Below, piece after piece: positions 34,663 to 48,400 of a DNA stretch of 64,000 bases. The number at the start of each line of letters is the position of its first letter. Positions within the stretch are counted from its first letter, which is position 1. The notes under the pieces are model-generated. The model ran no database searches, was not told where the DNA came from, and saw only the letters and a program-made list of their open reading frames with translations. This DNA comes from Macrostomum lignano (lineage: Eukaryota). Both the position numbers and the translations under genes were made by a program. The stretch lies in assembly GCA_002269645.1 (NCBI GenBank), contig NIVC01001416.1, positions 83,197 to 147,196 of the forward strand, in the 5' to 3' direction.

Positions 34663-37341
34663 TAGAGATGCTAATACCAGGATCCTAGTATCTACACTCT
34701 CGAATCTACTACATGGTACACCAGAAAAAATGACCCCCTACGCCATAAATTCAAGTTTATGTCAGAAAAAAAATGTTGCACATGATATGTATGCTGGAAA
34801 AAATTGCAACGCTACACCAAATTCTAACTCAAATTTTGGGTCCCTTTTGTGTTGAATGTTGAGGCAGCCGGCAGGTAGGTAGGCTGTAGATGGGCAGGTG
34901 GAGCAGGTAGCACTGCCACTACTCATCATCAACATCGTCAGCATCGTCGGCATTGGAGAACAACCTAACGTATGATGGGCAACGAGGTGAAAGGAACCTG
35001 CAACCAGAAATGATGCTGCTGGTCCCTAAATTTTTTGCCCAGCTAAATGGCCCAAAAAAGGGCACATGGTGCGCCTGTATGCCACGCACCTCATCACCGG
35101 TGTAAAACACCTTAACCACCTGCTTTACAAAATGCTTGCCGGCATTGTTATCCATGGCAGGTAGCATCCAGCAAAGCTTCATCTGCCACTCTAGCATTTC
35201 ATTCTTCTGGCCACCATGCTTCTGTTGAGAGCATATTGTCAAGTAGAATGACTCAATGATGGCCTTTGATGGAGGAAGGCAGGGTAGTAAGACAACTGTA
35301 AATGCTTTGTCAAATAGCATTTTAGTGGCTGCAAAGTGGCTATGATTAGGTTGGTATGGAATGTGTTTCTTACCAGTGCCAGAGCAATGTAGCGCAAAAT
35401 CCAGCAGTGTGCAAACCTGCTGGCCGGCATGCTGGTAGACAGTGGGCTCTGTGTAGAATGACCGGTAGAGCGCCGCCTTGTCCACTGTTGCCGTGAAATT
35501 GATGCCAGAAATTGTGATGCCTATAATCCATAGTGCCAGCTTAGCAGGATATTGTGGTAGTGTAATCAAAAAGTGCGCAATGCTGCCAGTGATGGGCGGC
35601 TGCAGCCAGGTTTGACACCCTTTGCCCAAAAGAAGCACCTAGAAATTGTTACATTTATGCTATTTTGTAACGTTATAATCAACTTCTGACAGTAAGATCA
35701 TGAATACTTTATCCCCCTTCCCAAAAAATTCAATTCACTTGGTACTTAAACTTTGAACTTATGTGTTTGACTGTCTCAACGAAGCCTGAGGCAAGCTTGC
35801 CCAATATTATTAGATTGAGGTCGTGCAGATGCTTATGCATGACAGCTGCTTGTGTCAGGTTTACGGCTTCCTGCGCAAACCAATCCACATCCAACCTGCG
35901 CATGCCCAATGAGGCCGACAGAAGGCGTATGGCACGCTCAGTGTCCAGGACAAAGCAGTCAACAAGGCATGGTTGCATGCACCGCCTGATCCGGATGACA
36001 AAAGAGCAATGGAAGGAAGCCGCCAGCTCCTTGATCTTGGCCTTAATGTCCTGTTAAAAATGAAAGGCTTTATATTTTTCACATGTACTTTCAGTATACT
36101 TTTCTGGTGCCACGGAACTACAGTAGGGAACAAAAGTACAAATTTGAAAAGTGCTGCATAATCTGCATCTTTCTGGCCCCTAGGAAGGTACCACACCTTC
36201 TTGTGAAGGAGCCACAGGTCTCCAATGTCTGCCCCAATTGAGGTTGCAGCCAAGTGAGCCGCCAAACCCGCAGGTACTTGCAGCCAGCCCTCAAGCAGTT
36301 ACGCCATTGTACCTGCCTCTTGGATGGATTTTGTCTGCAACCCGGTCGTAGCTTGGGTAGTCCTACCGGCAGAATTTCTCACCACGTTTCTGAAGAAACT
36401 CTGCGATGCGCTCCCACAAAGTGGCCAGCTAGGCCAGTATTGAGAAATATCAGTTTTGGGCCTTTTTTAGTATTACCAATACTGGTATTAGGGTCCATGT
36501 CCAGTATTGGTCTAAAATTATGTCTGTATTTTTACAAATTTGCAATTTTTTGTTTAAATTGCATTTTCCTAGAAATAAAATAATGCTTTAGCTTCAGCTT
36601 TTTAGATTTTTGGGTCCATACATGAGCAACCTCCAAAATTAGGAGGGAGGAGCTATACACTCTTTGTAGAGGAAAAGGGGAAATAGAGAAAAGACTGTAT
36701 GTTTCTAAATGAACAAGGCTGACTCAGTTGCTATTTTTAGACTATGATTAGTGCTAAGGCCTAATAGCAATCGCCAGAACAGGGCAGTCAAGCACAAGTT
36801 GTTCTTTCTCACAGTATATTAGCTCATATTTATCATAATTTTACTAAATATGGCAGGCAATTATTAATAAAATTTAAGCAATAGTATATATTTAGTAAGC
36901 ATAATAAAGCAAAGCAACATATTTAACCAATTAATAAGGAAAAATAGAATTAAAACTATGAGTAAAAGATACATTATTTTTTATGATCTATTTAATGAAC
37001 AATATAACTATATTAAGGCAAATATGATAAGGCAATCAATAAGGTAAGGCTAGTAAAAATGCTACTAAACTGATAACTACTATACAAACAATTACTATTA
37101 TTCCATAAATTGATTAGATTTAAAAGTCATGACAATTTAGTAAATGATTTACAATGCATTCAAAAGATAGACAATAAGAAAATAATAGGAAAAATGCAAT
37201 AAAATTTGACTTTTTGAAATTTGAAAGCCAAAATATGAAAAAAGCTATTAAATACTAGTATTCAAAACCAATATTGGCAAAATTCTGGTATTGAATAGCG
37301 GGATCCTGGTTTTGGGCAAGTCTGGTATTTTAGCATCCATA
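34663..37341 (-). mobile_element. Decayed hAT-like DNA transposon
   Basis: Ends TAGAGATGCTAATACCAG / CTGGTATTTTAGCATCCATA form imperfect TIRs of TAGGGATG type; flanks gttgtagg / gttatggg are a 6-of-8 match (eroded 8-bp TSD); encloses a transposase-like relic. Confidence 0.55.
34919..36430 (-). pseudogene. Transposase-like C-terminal relic with introns and stops
   Basis: Segments LATLWERIAEFLQKRG, DIKAKIKELAASF... (36050-35746) and FYTEPTVYQHAGQQVCTLLDFAL...AIIESFY...KLCW resemble the hAT C-terminal dimerisation region (E-A-x-x-E-S-x-F/Y motif); in-frame stops and a phase mismatch are present. Confidence 0.5.
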
Positions 37342-39531
37342 GTTATGGGATTATAGGATTATGGCTCATAAATGAAAAAGGCAATTTAGGATGGGATAAC
37401 ATATGGCACATCTTGAAGAAAAGCAGGGGTGCTTGAGCAGTTGTAAGCACATTGCACTTAAATAAGTTAGATTGAGGCTTTAGGAGACTTTGAGGCTTTA
37501 GAAGAAGTGGAGCATTAAGAATTGAGTTTATAGAACATGGGTTGGGGCACTAATTCCTATAAACTCAGAAGGGTAGGGTTGACATTTGGTCTTGGTTGCA
37601 TTTGATTGGACAAGAAATAAAGATGCAGGCCTATTAGCCAAAGGCTACTAGCTGATTGACAAGCAGTAAGGTATGCATATTGTTACTAAAATATTTATAC
37701 TTGGTATTTGAATCAGTTTTGTCAGATATTTGAATTGAATTAAATCAATTAAAAAATCTCATTTCATCCCATTTCTAGGCCTACTGTTAACTTTTATAGG
37801 GCCTATTGTATAATTTATATCTGGCAAGTTCTATTTGGAGACATATTGCCTAATAGAACTTTCTATTATAGGACTAAAGAACAATATTGCCTATTGGATA
37901 TAAATCAAATTCAACAGCTAGGCCTACCATAGTCAGGAAGGTATATATTGTGTACCAAAGTCAATTTTCCCTATATAGGCAACTAGTTTTGGTAAAAGGT
38001 TTGGCAATAATATAATCTATTATATAATCAATTATAAAAGTAAATATTATATATATTCACATTGTTTAAGATAGTCATTAGTTATATATAGTCTAAAGGC
38101 TATAGTTTGGAATGACATATATACTAGAATTTCCTAGTGTACAACAAGAGTACTTGCCATTTTTAGCATAAATCAATATATATCTTGGCATATATGACAT
38201 GTACATGTATACATGATACCCCTTTAAATATATTTAACCTTGACCTATATAAGGAAAACATTTTTTAGTCCCAGGCATACAAACAAAGCCCCATACTTTT
38301 TTCCTAATATATACTAATATACAATCTAAACTATGGTCTAAAGGTTGTAAATGTCAGTTAGGGTCCTACATGTCAAAAGGTCAAATTTTGTTTTAATTTT
38401 TTTAAATGTCATCTTTATTATTAAATACTATCATTATGCAAAATAGTGCTAACATGTTTGTAAATTGCATAGATATTATAAGGGGTATCCAAATAGTCTT
38501 AAGACTTTTTCACATTACTCTTTTTAATAGTCAGCAAGAGTAACAGCAACTGGTTTATTTCATAGCAGCTTTATTTACTAATAAACTCAATGAAAACATT
38601 TCAAAAATATCATAAACTTTAAAAGTTATGCTTCCTTAACTGCAATGGGCTACTGCATTTCAATATATGAATAAGAACTGAAACTGAACTACAATTTTGA
38701 AATCTCAGACATTAAGCAAATTCAAACTTGTGTGAAAAATCTCTAGCGTATGCCATATCATCACTCTCTATATCTATGGTACAAGCTTCATATGCTTACT
38801 GCTAGTGTGGCAATTTGAAAATGAAAGGCAGTTTTCATGCCAACTATGATTGCATTGAGCAGGAAGTGCAATGGGTTCTTGTCCACAAAATGCTAAGACA
38901 AGCATATGCAGATGCCATTGATGGCATGCTTACCCTATGGAAGAAATGCATCCAACAGAGAGTGACAAATTGAAAAGTTTTTTTGAAAGACAACTGACTT
39001 ACTGTTTCATGGTGCTCCATATGCAGCATCCAAGTTGCTGTTCATATATTAAGATGAAATATCCCACTGCAGTTAAAGAGGCATAAATTTTGAAAAGTTT
39101 GTATATTTTCAAAATTCTTTCATTGTGTCATTAGTAAATAAAGCCACTATGAAATAAACCAGTTGCTGTTACTCTTGCTGACTATTAAAAAGAGTAATGT
39201 GAAAAAAGTATTTTTGCACTTTTTGACTTTTTGGATGCCCCTCATGCAGTCTAAACATGCAGTCGAAAGAGTCATGCAACATGTAGTCAAGCATCATCCT
39301 GTCAGGCTCTAGCTTTGACTGCAATTTTCCTGGGCTTGTTGCATACCCTACAGACATTCAATGTTTTAAGTCTGACTTTTAAGTGAGTTTTTCTTGTAGC
39401 CAGTTTTTAGTAGCTATTTTGTTAATGGCCATTTTTGATTTAATTGTAAAATTATGGAATAATAGCTATTTTAGCAGAGTTATAGCTTAAACAATAATAC
39501 TTTTGTTCCATTCAAAGTATATATAGACCAA

Positions 39532-39840
39532 CATACATGTGCAACAGTCGGCCAATTCAGCCAAGTTGGCCAATCTGGCCGACTGATTTAGTGGCCAACC
39601 AAGTAAGTTGCAAAAATGCCCACCTGAAAAAACACCCAAGTAATAGTACTAAGTAGCTGATAAGGCATTTTGGCTTAATAAGACAGTCATAGTTACTTCT
39701 GCCATTTACCCAAAGTTGTGTTGATTTCACTTTAGGGTTTTTTTTTACATATAAGTGACATTTTTGGCCAAAAACTATGTCGCATTTTTGTTAAAACTAA
39801 GTTGCATGGCCAACCAAATTTTGGAGATTGGGCATGTATG
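39532..39840 (+). mobile_element. hAT MITE, copy 1
   Basis: TIR CATACATG.GC...GC.CATGTATG; perfect 8-bp TSD tagaccaa. Confidence 0.85.
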
Positions 39841-40174
39841 TAGACCAATTTTTTTTAGAGCTAAGAGTATATAGTTATTATACCCCCTAGGACTAAAAAC
39901 TTAAGAAATGGCTATGGATTAATAGGTCAACAATGAATAAATAAGTATTCTATTGGGTTAAAAAATATTTGTATATCCTAGCTTGTAAGGGGAATGGTTT
40001 TGTGGAGCCACAGTGTAGAATGTTGCTAATGCAAAGTAAATATAAAAAATTAAAGAGTTAGTTAAAATGGAGAAAAGAAGAAGAAGAAAAAGCCCATTTA
40101 TTGTAGGGTTTTTCTAGATAATAGGGGGGCTCTTCATAATAGACAAGGTATTTTGGTATCTGGAATAAGCTAAA

Positions 40175-40469
40175 CATACATGTGCCACCTCCAAGATTTG
40201 GTTGGCCATGCAACTTAGTTTTAACAAAAAATGTGACAGTTTTTGGCCAATAATGTGGCTTACATGTAAAAAAACCCTAATGCAGAATTAACGCAACTTT
40301 AGGTGAACAGCAGGAGTAACTATGACTATCCTATTAAGGTAAAATGCCTCATTATCTACTTAGTACTACTTGGGTATTTATTTGGGTGGGCATTTTTGTG
40401 ACTTACCTTGGTTGGCCACCAAATCGGTCAGCCAGATTGGCTGACTTGGCCGACTGTTGCGCATGTATG
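40175..40469 (-). mobile_element. hAT MITE, copy 2 (inverted relative to copy 1)
   Basis: Same family over its full length; perfect 8-bp TSD aagctaaa. Confidence 0.85.
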
Positions 40470-42945
40470 AAGCTAAAGGTAATAGGCATTGGGGCAAGGA
40501 GGATTAGGTATAGTAAAAGGATCAGGGGTCTATTTGCTAGATGATCTAGGTCTAGGTATAGAATGATATGTTTAATCAGTTTCATTAGTAGCCCAATTAC
40601 TTTATATATAGAGAGCCCTAACAAAAAGTTAAAACAGTCTATTGATTTCAATTGTGCATTCCTTTGCATCAGGTGTCAATGGCAGCTAGCAGCTTGGCCT
40701 CTATGTCTTGTAAGGCAAGCACCATATTGAGCTCTAGCTGTGGCATCTTGGGCTAGTATCATTGTTTGGCTAGCTTTAGCCTTGGTATTATGGTAGGGCA
40801 GCTCCAGGGCTAGGGACAACCACTAGTTATGGGTGGCCATTAGCATACAGAATAGCTCTAGTTGCAGGCTGGCCAATGGCCTTCTGGCATAGAAAAATGG
40901 CATAGAGGTGATCTTTGACTATTGAAATTTCTATAGTATAAGCAGCAGTCAAAGCTTTATATCATCTAGTAAGCTAGGTCTTACTATAAACAGTCACTTG
41001 GTATTTTGTTGGTCTTCTAACTGGCCTCCAGCTCCTATAGCAGTAGTTAGACTAGCTGTTAGGCAGGAATGGATGTAGGCAATTGAAGCACCTAGACTGG
41101 GTCTTATCTGTGAGAGCCCCCCCCCCTGTTGTACTCTTTCCTGTTGTACTAGAGTTAGGAATTAGTGGCATGCAATATAGCATTACAGGTATACTATGCT
41201 TGGCTCAGAGTCTATAGGGGTCTATTAAGTCAGGCTAGACTATGGTTGGCTAATCTATAGTAGTCTACCTGCTGGGTCTAGTCGAGGCGGTTGAAAAATA
41301 AGTTCTTATAGGTCTAAGTGATGAAGTGGTGGTTTTTTTGGTTGGACCCTCTAATAAAATAATTTGACCATTGATAGATCTCTCTGATTGAATCAAAGTC
41401 CAATGAAAAGAATATTACATACATAGGAATAAATGTAAATTGAAATAAATAATAAAATACAATACATAGTGGTAGCTCTACTATGATATAACAATATATT
41501 GGCTTCTTAGCTTTTTCTTAGAAGAGAATCCTATATACTAAAAATGAGTTGTAATAATTTCACTAAAAGGCTATCAAAAGTTGTCCTAGGGTTTGGTTTT
41601 ATCTAGTGTACACTTATATTCTATTGTTGCTACCATGCTAGAGGTTATTTTTTCTATCTCTGAAATACTCATCACTGTTGACACTAAATATTATTGACAC
41701 CAATACAATTCAATTTTCACAAGCTGATGCTAGACTGGCTGAGCGGCTTGACTATCAATAAGCCATCTAACTACCTAGTATGTTTCACTAGACACCAGCT
41801 ATTCAGTCTGATATTGCAGCCTGACTATATCAATATATAAACTATATAAATATCAACAATATATATAAAACTTGTTTTGTTTAAAACTCTTATTTTTGAG
41901 ACATTTATTGAGTTAAGATAACTTGTTTATAACCATAATCAACTTTTAACTTTAAGATTATACATTAACAGATGAATGTGGCATTTTCAGATTTTTTCTA
42001 GCTGTAAAATATTTCATATTTTAGTGGCAGATACTTTTGACAAAAAAGTCTTAAGCTAAAGGGCTAAAGTCAAGATGAATACTGTCTTATTCAAAGTCAG
42101 TGAAGCCATTTAAACATAGGCCTACCGTTTCCAACCCCTAGGGAATGAAAAACAGTTATTTGCTATAGATATTATTTACTATAGCCTGTTTTATAAACTA
42201 TGTGGCAATTTTTCAATAGGATTATTCACAAAAATTTCTTTTTCTTTGGTGCTTTCGAAATATTATTGAAATTGCATTACATTTCTTTATACAGCAGCTT
42301 TATAAAGCTCCTTCAATCAGAGTCAGAACAAGGGTCTTGCACCTCCCAGAAGCAGCTCCGAAGGGGTAGTGTCTCATTTGCCTTTGGCTTTGTCTCTGTG
42401 TGCCCTGCGATGTCCACAAAACAACAGGCGAGTCTCCTCTTTGATGATACAGTGTAGTGCAAGGATTTGCATCTGTTTCTGGGTAGAAATGGGTCCAGCA
42501 TACGTAGGTTCCAATTGTGCTAACAGCACTCTTATAAACAACTTCATGGCATATGACACAAGGAAGATCCCATGATGCTCCTATTTCTATGTAGTCATAG
42601 CACTTTGATGGGTAACTTGTCTAGGTTAGTGGCGTGACCACCAGGCTAGTGCGATGCAAGTGAACTGCACTATGTTTAGTTGCTGGTCGCTTGGCTGGGT
42701 CACTTGGCTTGTACTTTTTGTGTACTTTTGTGTACTTTTAGCTTGAAAGTATCGGGTTAAAGTTAAATAATGATCAGGCCACAATTTATCTGAAAAAGAT
42801 CTACAGATGTCTGTGAGTCTGTTGTCAAACATGTCTTTTTATTTTTTGCAAAGTTAAGCAGAATTAGCCGCGGTTAGTACTATTTCTGTTAGTAAAAATG
42901 TAATTAAACAACATTCAATTCTATTTATCCTAATCTCCTCAGCAA

Positions 42946-43230
42946 ATGTCGAGCATCAAAGGAGAAGCAACAGAAGACTATATTAGCAACAAAACTGATC
43001 GATGCCTGTCTGACACGGCAATTAAAACTGTGTCAGGCCTTGGTATCGGCATCCTATGCTCTGTGCTGTTCCTTCGTCGCAGACCCTGGCCTGCGGTCCT
43101 TGGCACCGGAATCGGCCTAGGCATGGGCGTCGCTAATTGCGACAACGATTTCAAGACTCCGCATTCTCTAGTGTCGCAACAGATTAGAGTGGCTCAGCGT
43201 CAAAATGATCCACTGCTTGGTAGCAAGTAG
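42946..43230 (+). CDS. MICOS10: MICOS complex subunit Mic10 (MINOS1, DUF543), single coding exon
   Basis: DRCLSD..K..SGLGIGILCSVLFLRRRPWP..LGTGIGLGMG.ANC..DF carries both Gly-rich TM motifs and the basic RRR loop of Mic10. A ctaat...ctcctcag acceptor ends at 42942, just before the ATG; AATAAA near 43351. Confidence 0.92.
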   Translation: MSSIKGEATEDYISNKTDRCLSDTAIKTVSGLGIGILCSVLFLRRRPWPAVLGTGIGLGMGVANCDNDFKTPHSLVSQQIRVAQRQNDPLLGSK

Positions 43231-43432
43231 ATTTGGCGCGTGCAGTGTCTGAATATATATTACTGTTAGTAGCTTAGCCTAGTGTATGAAGTTAGAATTT
43301 AGCTTAACATTATATTATTTTCTACTTACATGTTAGGTAAATAGACTAATAATAAATCCCATTGTGATTAATTAATAGTGTTCAAATATTAATGGGTCGT
43401 CCTTAAATCCTGGGTCATCAGGGTTGAAATCA

Positions 43433-44113
43433 TTGTAAGTCTTCAGGGCTGTGTTGCTAGAATCTTCAGGGCTGGATTTATGGAATCTTCAGAGCTGGGT
43501 TGATGGAATCTTTAGGGCTGTGTTGCTAGAATCTTCAGGGCTGGGTTGATGGAGTCTTCAGGGCTGGGTTGATGGAATCTTTAGGGCTGTGTTGCTAGAA
43601 TCTTCAGGGCTGGGTTGATGGAGTCTTCAGGGCTGGGTTGATGGAATCTTTAGGGCTGTGTTGCCAGAATCTTCAGGGCTGGGTTGTTGGAGTCTTCAGG
43701 GCTGGGTTGATGGAGTCTTCAGGGCTGGGTTGATGAAATCTTCAGGGCTGGGTTAATGGAATCTTCAGGGCTGGGTTGATGGAATCTTCAGGACTGGGTT
43801 AATGGAATATTCAGGGCTGGGTTGTTGGAATCTTCAGGGCTGGTTGATGGGATCTTCAGGGCTGGGTTGATGGAATCTTCAGGGCTGGGTTGATGGAATC
43901 TTCAGGGCTGGGTTGATGGAATCTTCAGAGCTGGGTTGATAGAGTCTTCAGGGCTGGGTTGATGGAATCTTTAGGGCTGGGTTGATGGAATCTTCAGAGC
44001 TGGGTTGATGGGGTCTTCAGAGCTGGGTTGATGGAATCTTTAGGGCTGGGTTGATGGAGTCTTCAGGGCTGGGTTGATGGAGTCTCAGGGCTGGGTTGAT
44101 GGAGTCTTCAGGA
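43433..44113. repeat. 23-bp minisatellite (tcttcagggctgggttgatggaa)
   Basis: About 30 units downstream of MICOS10. Confidence 0.9.
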
Positions 44114-45067
44114 CTGTTTAGATAGATATCAAATCTATTTTATTTTGAACTGAGTTTATATTTTAAAAAACTCAATTTAATATTATTAATCCTCTTTTCG
44201 TAAATAAATTTCTAATGTGTTCACTAACAAATGTGTAATTCAGCGTTAACATTTGGATATAAAACAAATACACTAAAGATATCAGTTGGCTTGTGTGTTG
44301 AAACAAAATTGCTAAACCAAAATTGCTTCGTTTGTCTGTTATTTACTTAAAACTTAAACTTAATAGGAATAAGTTAGGTTTGTTTATTTTGTCTTTAAAT
44401 GGTCTCTTTTTTAGGCCATGTATGCAATATATAGCTAGCTAGTTTATACTACTAACCATCTTAGTAGTAATTATTGTTAGGCAACACCTATTGATGATTC
44501 GGTACTCTGATTATAAAGTAACTTTTTTGTAGTTTAAATGTTATTAAATGGCCTGGAATTAGAAGTTTTATGGCAAGAACAATATTCATATTTTATTAGT
44601 TTAGGTTAGCTTTTTGCTTGCTTACAAAATAGGATTCAAGTTATAAGAGGCTCCGTGAGCTTCAGTGAACTTGCAAGAGCTTTTTCGAAGCTTCTTAGTC
44701 CGTAGGTTGGTTGTTGCTTGCTACCAAGAGATTTGCTAGAAGCGGACTTCTTTCGCCCCTAGCTACTCAAGATAAGCGGGAGAAACAGCGAGAGACCTAA
44801 AATTGTAGGTCTTGCTGGTCTGTCTTATCTTTAGGTTGGCTAGGATTTCAAGACTTGGAGCGAAGAACTCTTACTGAAAACTAACTAAGCTGTACAGAAT
44901 GGTCTCGGGCCACTGATAGGGCACAATTGATAAGAGTGTAGATTTAAATGTGGGCATAAAACTATTGAAGTACTGGAGATAAATAGAAACAGAGTCTCAA
45001 TTCTTGATTGTGTCATAGGCAACAGGTCCAGTCGGTCGCTTTGAGCAGTGAGCATAGATGTTGAGAA

Positions 45068-45476
45068 ATGTCTTCTGGCATGTCAGCTGGAATTCCACGA
45101 CTCTTTCACTGCAGTTGCTGCTGTTGGCTGCTTCTGGTTGCAGCTGCAGCTGCTCTGCTGCTGTGTGATGAGGCGGCTGCTCAAGGCACGTCATGTGGAA
45201 AACTGGTGCCGGGTCAGGTGGATCCTGTGACAGTGGCTGCTGTTCGCTCTGCCACAAATTCATCAATAACAGTTGATTGGCAGTCACCAGACAGTGGCAT
45301 CACAGGGTACTTTTACATAGTAAACTGCCCCAGCTGTCCCAGTCGGCAGCACAACACTACAGATGAGACATTCACATTTCGAGGTCTCACAGCGGCTACT
45401 GAGTACAACTTCTCAATTCAGGCAGGACTTCAGAACTGCAGACTCAGCCCTGCGTTCCATCTTTCTGGAAGGACAG
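45068..45476 (+). CDS. B exon 1: signal peptide + FN3
   Basis: ORF 45068..45568, donor acag|gtgaga. Confidence 0.85.
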
Positions 45477-48400
45477 GTGAGAATGAAACTGTGCGGGTCA
45501 TTCAGTGCAGAATGCACGCAGCCTCGGGTGCGCCGTTGGCTGTCACACCTGGCCACCTGGATTTCTAAATAAATTCATAGCATTTCTTCTCACTAACTGA
45601 TCTGAATGTGATTATTCGATGAGCTCTTTTGGTGCTCCAAATTTATCAATTACAAATTTAATGCTGTTTAAATACCAAACCTTAAAGTTTCGCGAAATCT
45701 CACAACATCAGTTGAGCAAGTCCCAACACAATTGCAGAACTCAGCGATATCCCAGGACCAGTGCACATCTCGGATGTGACGGAGACGAGCTTCAGAGCCC
45801 GGTGGGCGGCCTCTCCCGATGTCGGAGTTGAGTATAAAGTCAGCTGCGCTGGCACAGTGCCAGACACAACCGCTGTGTGCACAGGCCAGCCATCCGGAGC
45901 CTCTGTCACTTTCACAGTGAGACCCGTCAAGACTGGGTTCCCGCCTGGGGCTTACGCCTACGGCACAGCTTTGACCAGTGAGTTTCATTACCATATTGGA
46001 GATATTTTAGCTGCACTGCAATACAGAAATGCTCAGAACTATAAAGTTTAATTGAGGTATTTTGCAAACTCTGAAAATTTGAACTGTGAGCTGAGATTTG
46101 GCCTGACTATAAATTCATATCGTGTTGTAGTGACAGCAGCAGCAATCAACTAAACTGATTTGCATTGATAGAAATATCGCTTCACAGTATTGACCTCTGC
46201 TTAATGGCTTGTCATTAACTGAAAGTCCAGTTTCTACCATAGACAATTCCATCAATGCAGCTAATGGGCCGTTTGAATAAAAAAAATTATTTTCTTGCCT
46301 GGAATGCGAAAAATCTTGCATTTAGAAGAAAAAATCTGCGAGTTTCTCGCGAGATTTTCTTGGCAAGATTTTCTTGCGCGTTTTGAAGAAATTTGTTCTC
46401 ATGGAGATATTTTTGCGAGAGATATTCATCTCGGTGATTTGAATAAAAGTATAAATCTCTCACGGAATAGCAAAAAACTTAGTTGTTGGCCAGCACCTCA
46501 TTTTGAAGCTTTTCCTTTTGCCGCCTCACTTTGCCTGATCCTGTTGCTTTAAGTTGTCTAAGCAAACGACTTCCCGGTCAACGTCTTCAGCCCTGTGCAC
46601 ATCGCATTAATGGCTTCCAACTTTTATCGTTTTACAACCGGCGCGCTGCTCTTGGTCAACATAACCGCATTTTGGTCAGGACGTCAAGGATGTAGTCTGC
46701 ATCCTCTTTGTGCACCTGCGTGTCTTGCCCTTCCATTTGCGCATCGTCTTGGATTTATTCCTTTGCTAGACAAAAGAGTTTTTACAAAATGCAACAGCAA
46801 GGCAAAAAATAGGCCAGCCAAAAACTTTCACGAAAGTGGAAGCCCCCGGTTCTGTACGCAGTCTTATTTCTGTCTCTCGAGATCCCACCCAGCCCGGCCC
46901 AGGAAAGACAGCTTTCAAGCTCTAAACTTTTCGGCTCTTTTTGCCATAGACGAAAATCGTAATTTTTATTAAATCCCTACGTTGGTGTTGTCCGTGACGT
47001 ATTTTACCATAGACATAAAACACAGGGTCAGCTTTTCAATTTTCCGGGTTGTATTTTATGTAATGTATTCTCGACAACAAAACAAAACTCTGAGGGCCAG
47101 CAATGTCAACAACAATTTAGTTTTTTTCCAGTCACACCATAAGGGTCACGATGTCGCGTATTTAAAATCAATTGTTAATAACGACGGAGCAGTTATTGAA
47201 GTTAAAATTGAGTTGACGCCCACCGCCTGGTGTAGTATTTTGGAGTCCAGAGCAGCCGATGAGTTGGCGATCTGAATGTCCGAGGTCCGATTGTACCTGT
47301 CCGTTCGGCACAGTTTGCTATTCCTTTACACCAGGTTGATAGAGATAAGTAGCGCACGTCGCTAGTAGACTGTGAAAATCAAATCAAATTGTGTTTAAGC
47401 TGAGGCGCTGCTACATAAAGGAAGTATGAATCGAGCAGTGTTCTTGATAAAACTTGTCCGTGGTTAAGAATGTGGGGCTTTGCCCACACCCCAATATTTC
47501 TATTTTAAACTCTTCAAGTCTGTGGCGAATTTTCAGGCTGTAAGTACTCGAGGTCTGGACACTTTAAAGACAACACAGTCGCGTGCAGTTATATAAAGTT
47601 TAAAATAAAGTTTTTGTTGACTGACAGACAGACTTGTTGATTGACAGACTTGCCTAGTGAACAGACAGAGTCAGGTACGGTATTAGTCCCGAGCTGTTCT
47701 GGATTTTCCCAATAAGTTGCTGCCTAATAAATCAATAAACTAAGCGCCATCTGCAATCTTGGAGCTGCTGCTTGACTGTGTAAGTGGCAAGATTTAGTTT
47801 GCTCTCAATACCTGTAAATTTGCTTATGAATTGCTAATTACTTATAAATCAATTTTACCGCCCTCACTAGAAACCAAACTCCTTAGAGATGCTCATCAAT
47901 TGCAGAGCTGTTCGGCATTGACGCCAGCTCAGCTCAGTACAGCTCCAATGAGACCGCCATCTCTGTGACTTGGCAGCCATCCAGCACTTCTGGCGTCTCG
48001 TACCAGCTCACCTGCAAGCGAGTCGGCTCAGGTGAAGTCTGGACTGCGTCTTCATCCAGTGCGTCTGCCACCTGCGGCTCCCTGCAGTCTGGACAGGAAT
48101 ATGAGCTGCGGGTGGCTGTGCAGAAGGCGGGCGGCTTTGATGACGTCATCACGCGTCTGTCCAATCAGCTGACCAGTGAGTTCCCTGGTGCTTTGCTTTG
48201 GAAATATTTGCAAATAGCGGTGGCAACAGTTGAGGCAGTTGAGATAACAAATCACAATACAAGCCGTGTGCATTGATTTGGCAGAAGGGATTGAGGGTTT
48301 TGGCTTGTGCAATCAAGATTTTATATCGCTAATCAAGGATCACTAGCAGTTACCGTAGTATCAGGAAGCAACACTCGTACTCGTAAATATTGCAAAATTA

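Noticed and set aside
42313-42575. Weak RT-like segment (YAMKLFIRVLLAQLEP)
   Set aside because: Too short and degenerate to assign without a profile search.
8261-45476. Mosaic (recombinant) pattern among the three exon-1 copies
   Set aside because: With only three sequences and no outgroup, each pairwise sharing is explained by lineage-specific substitutions.
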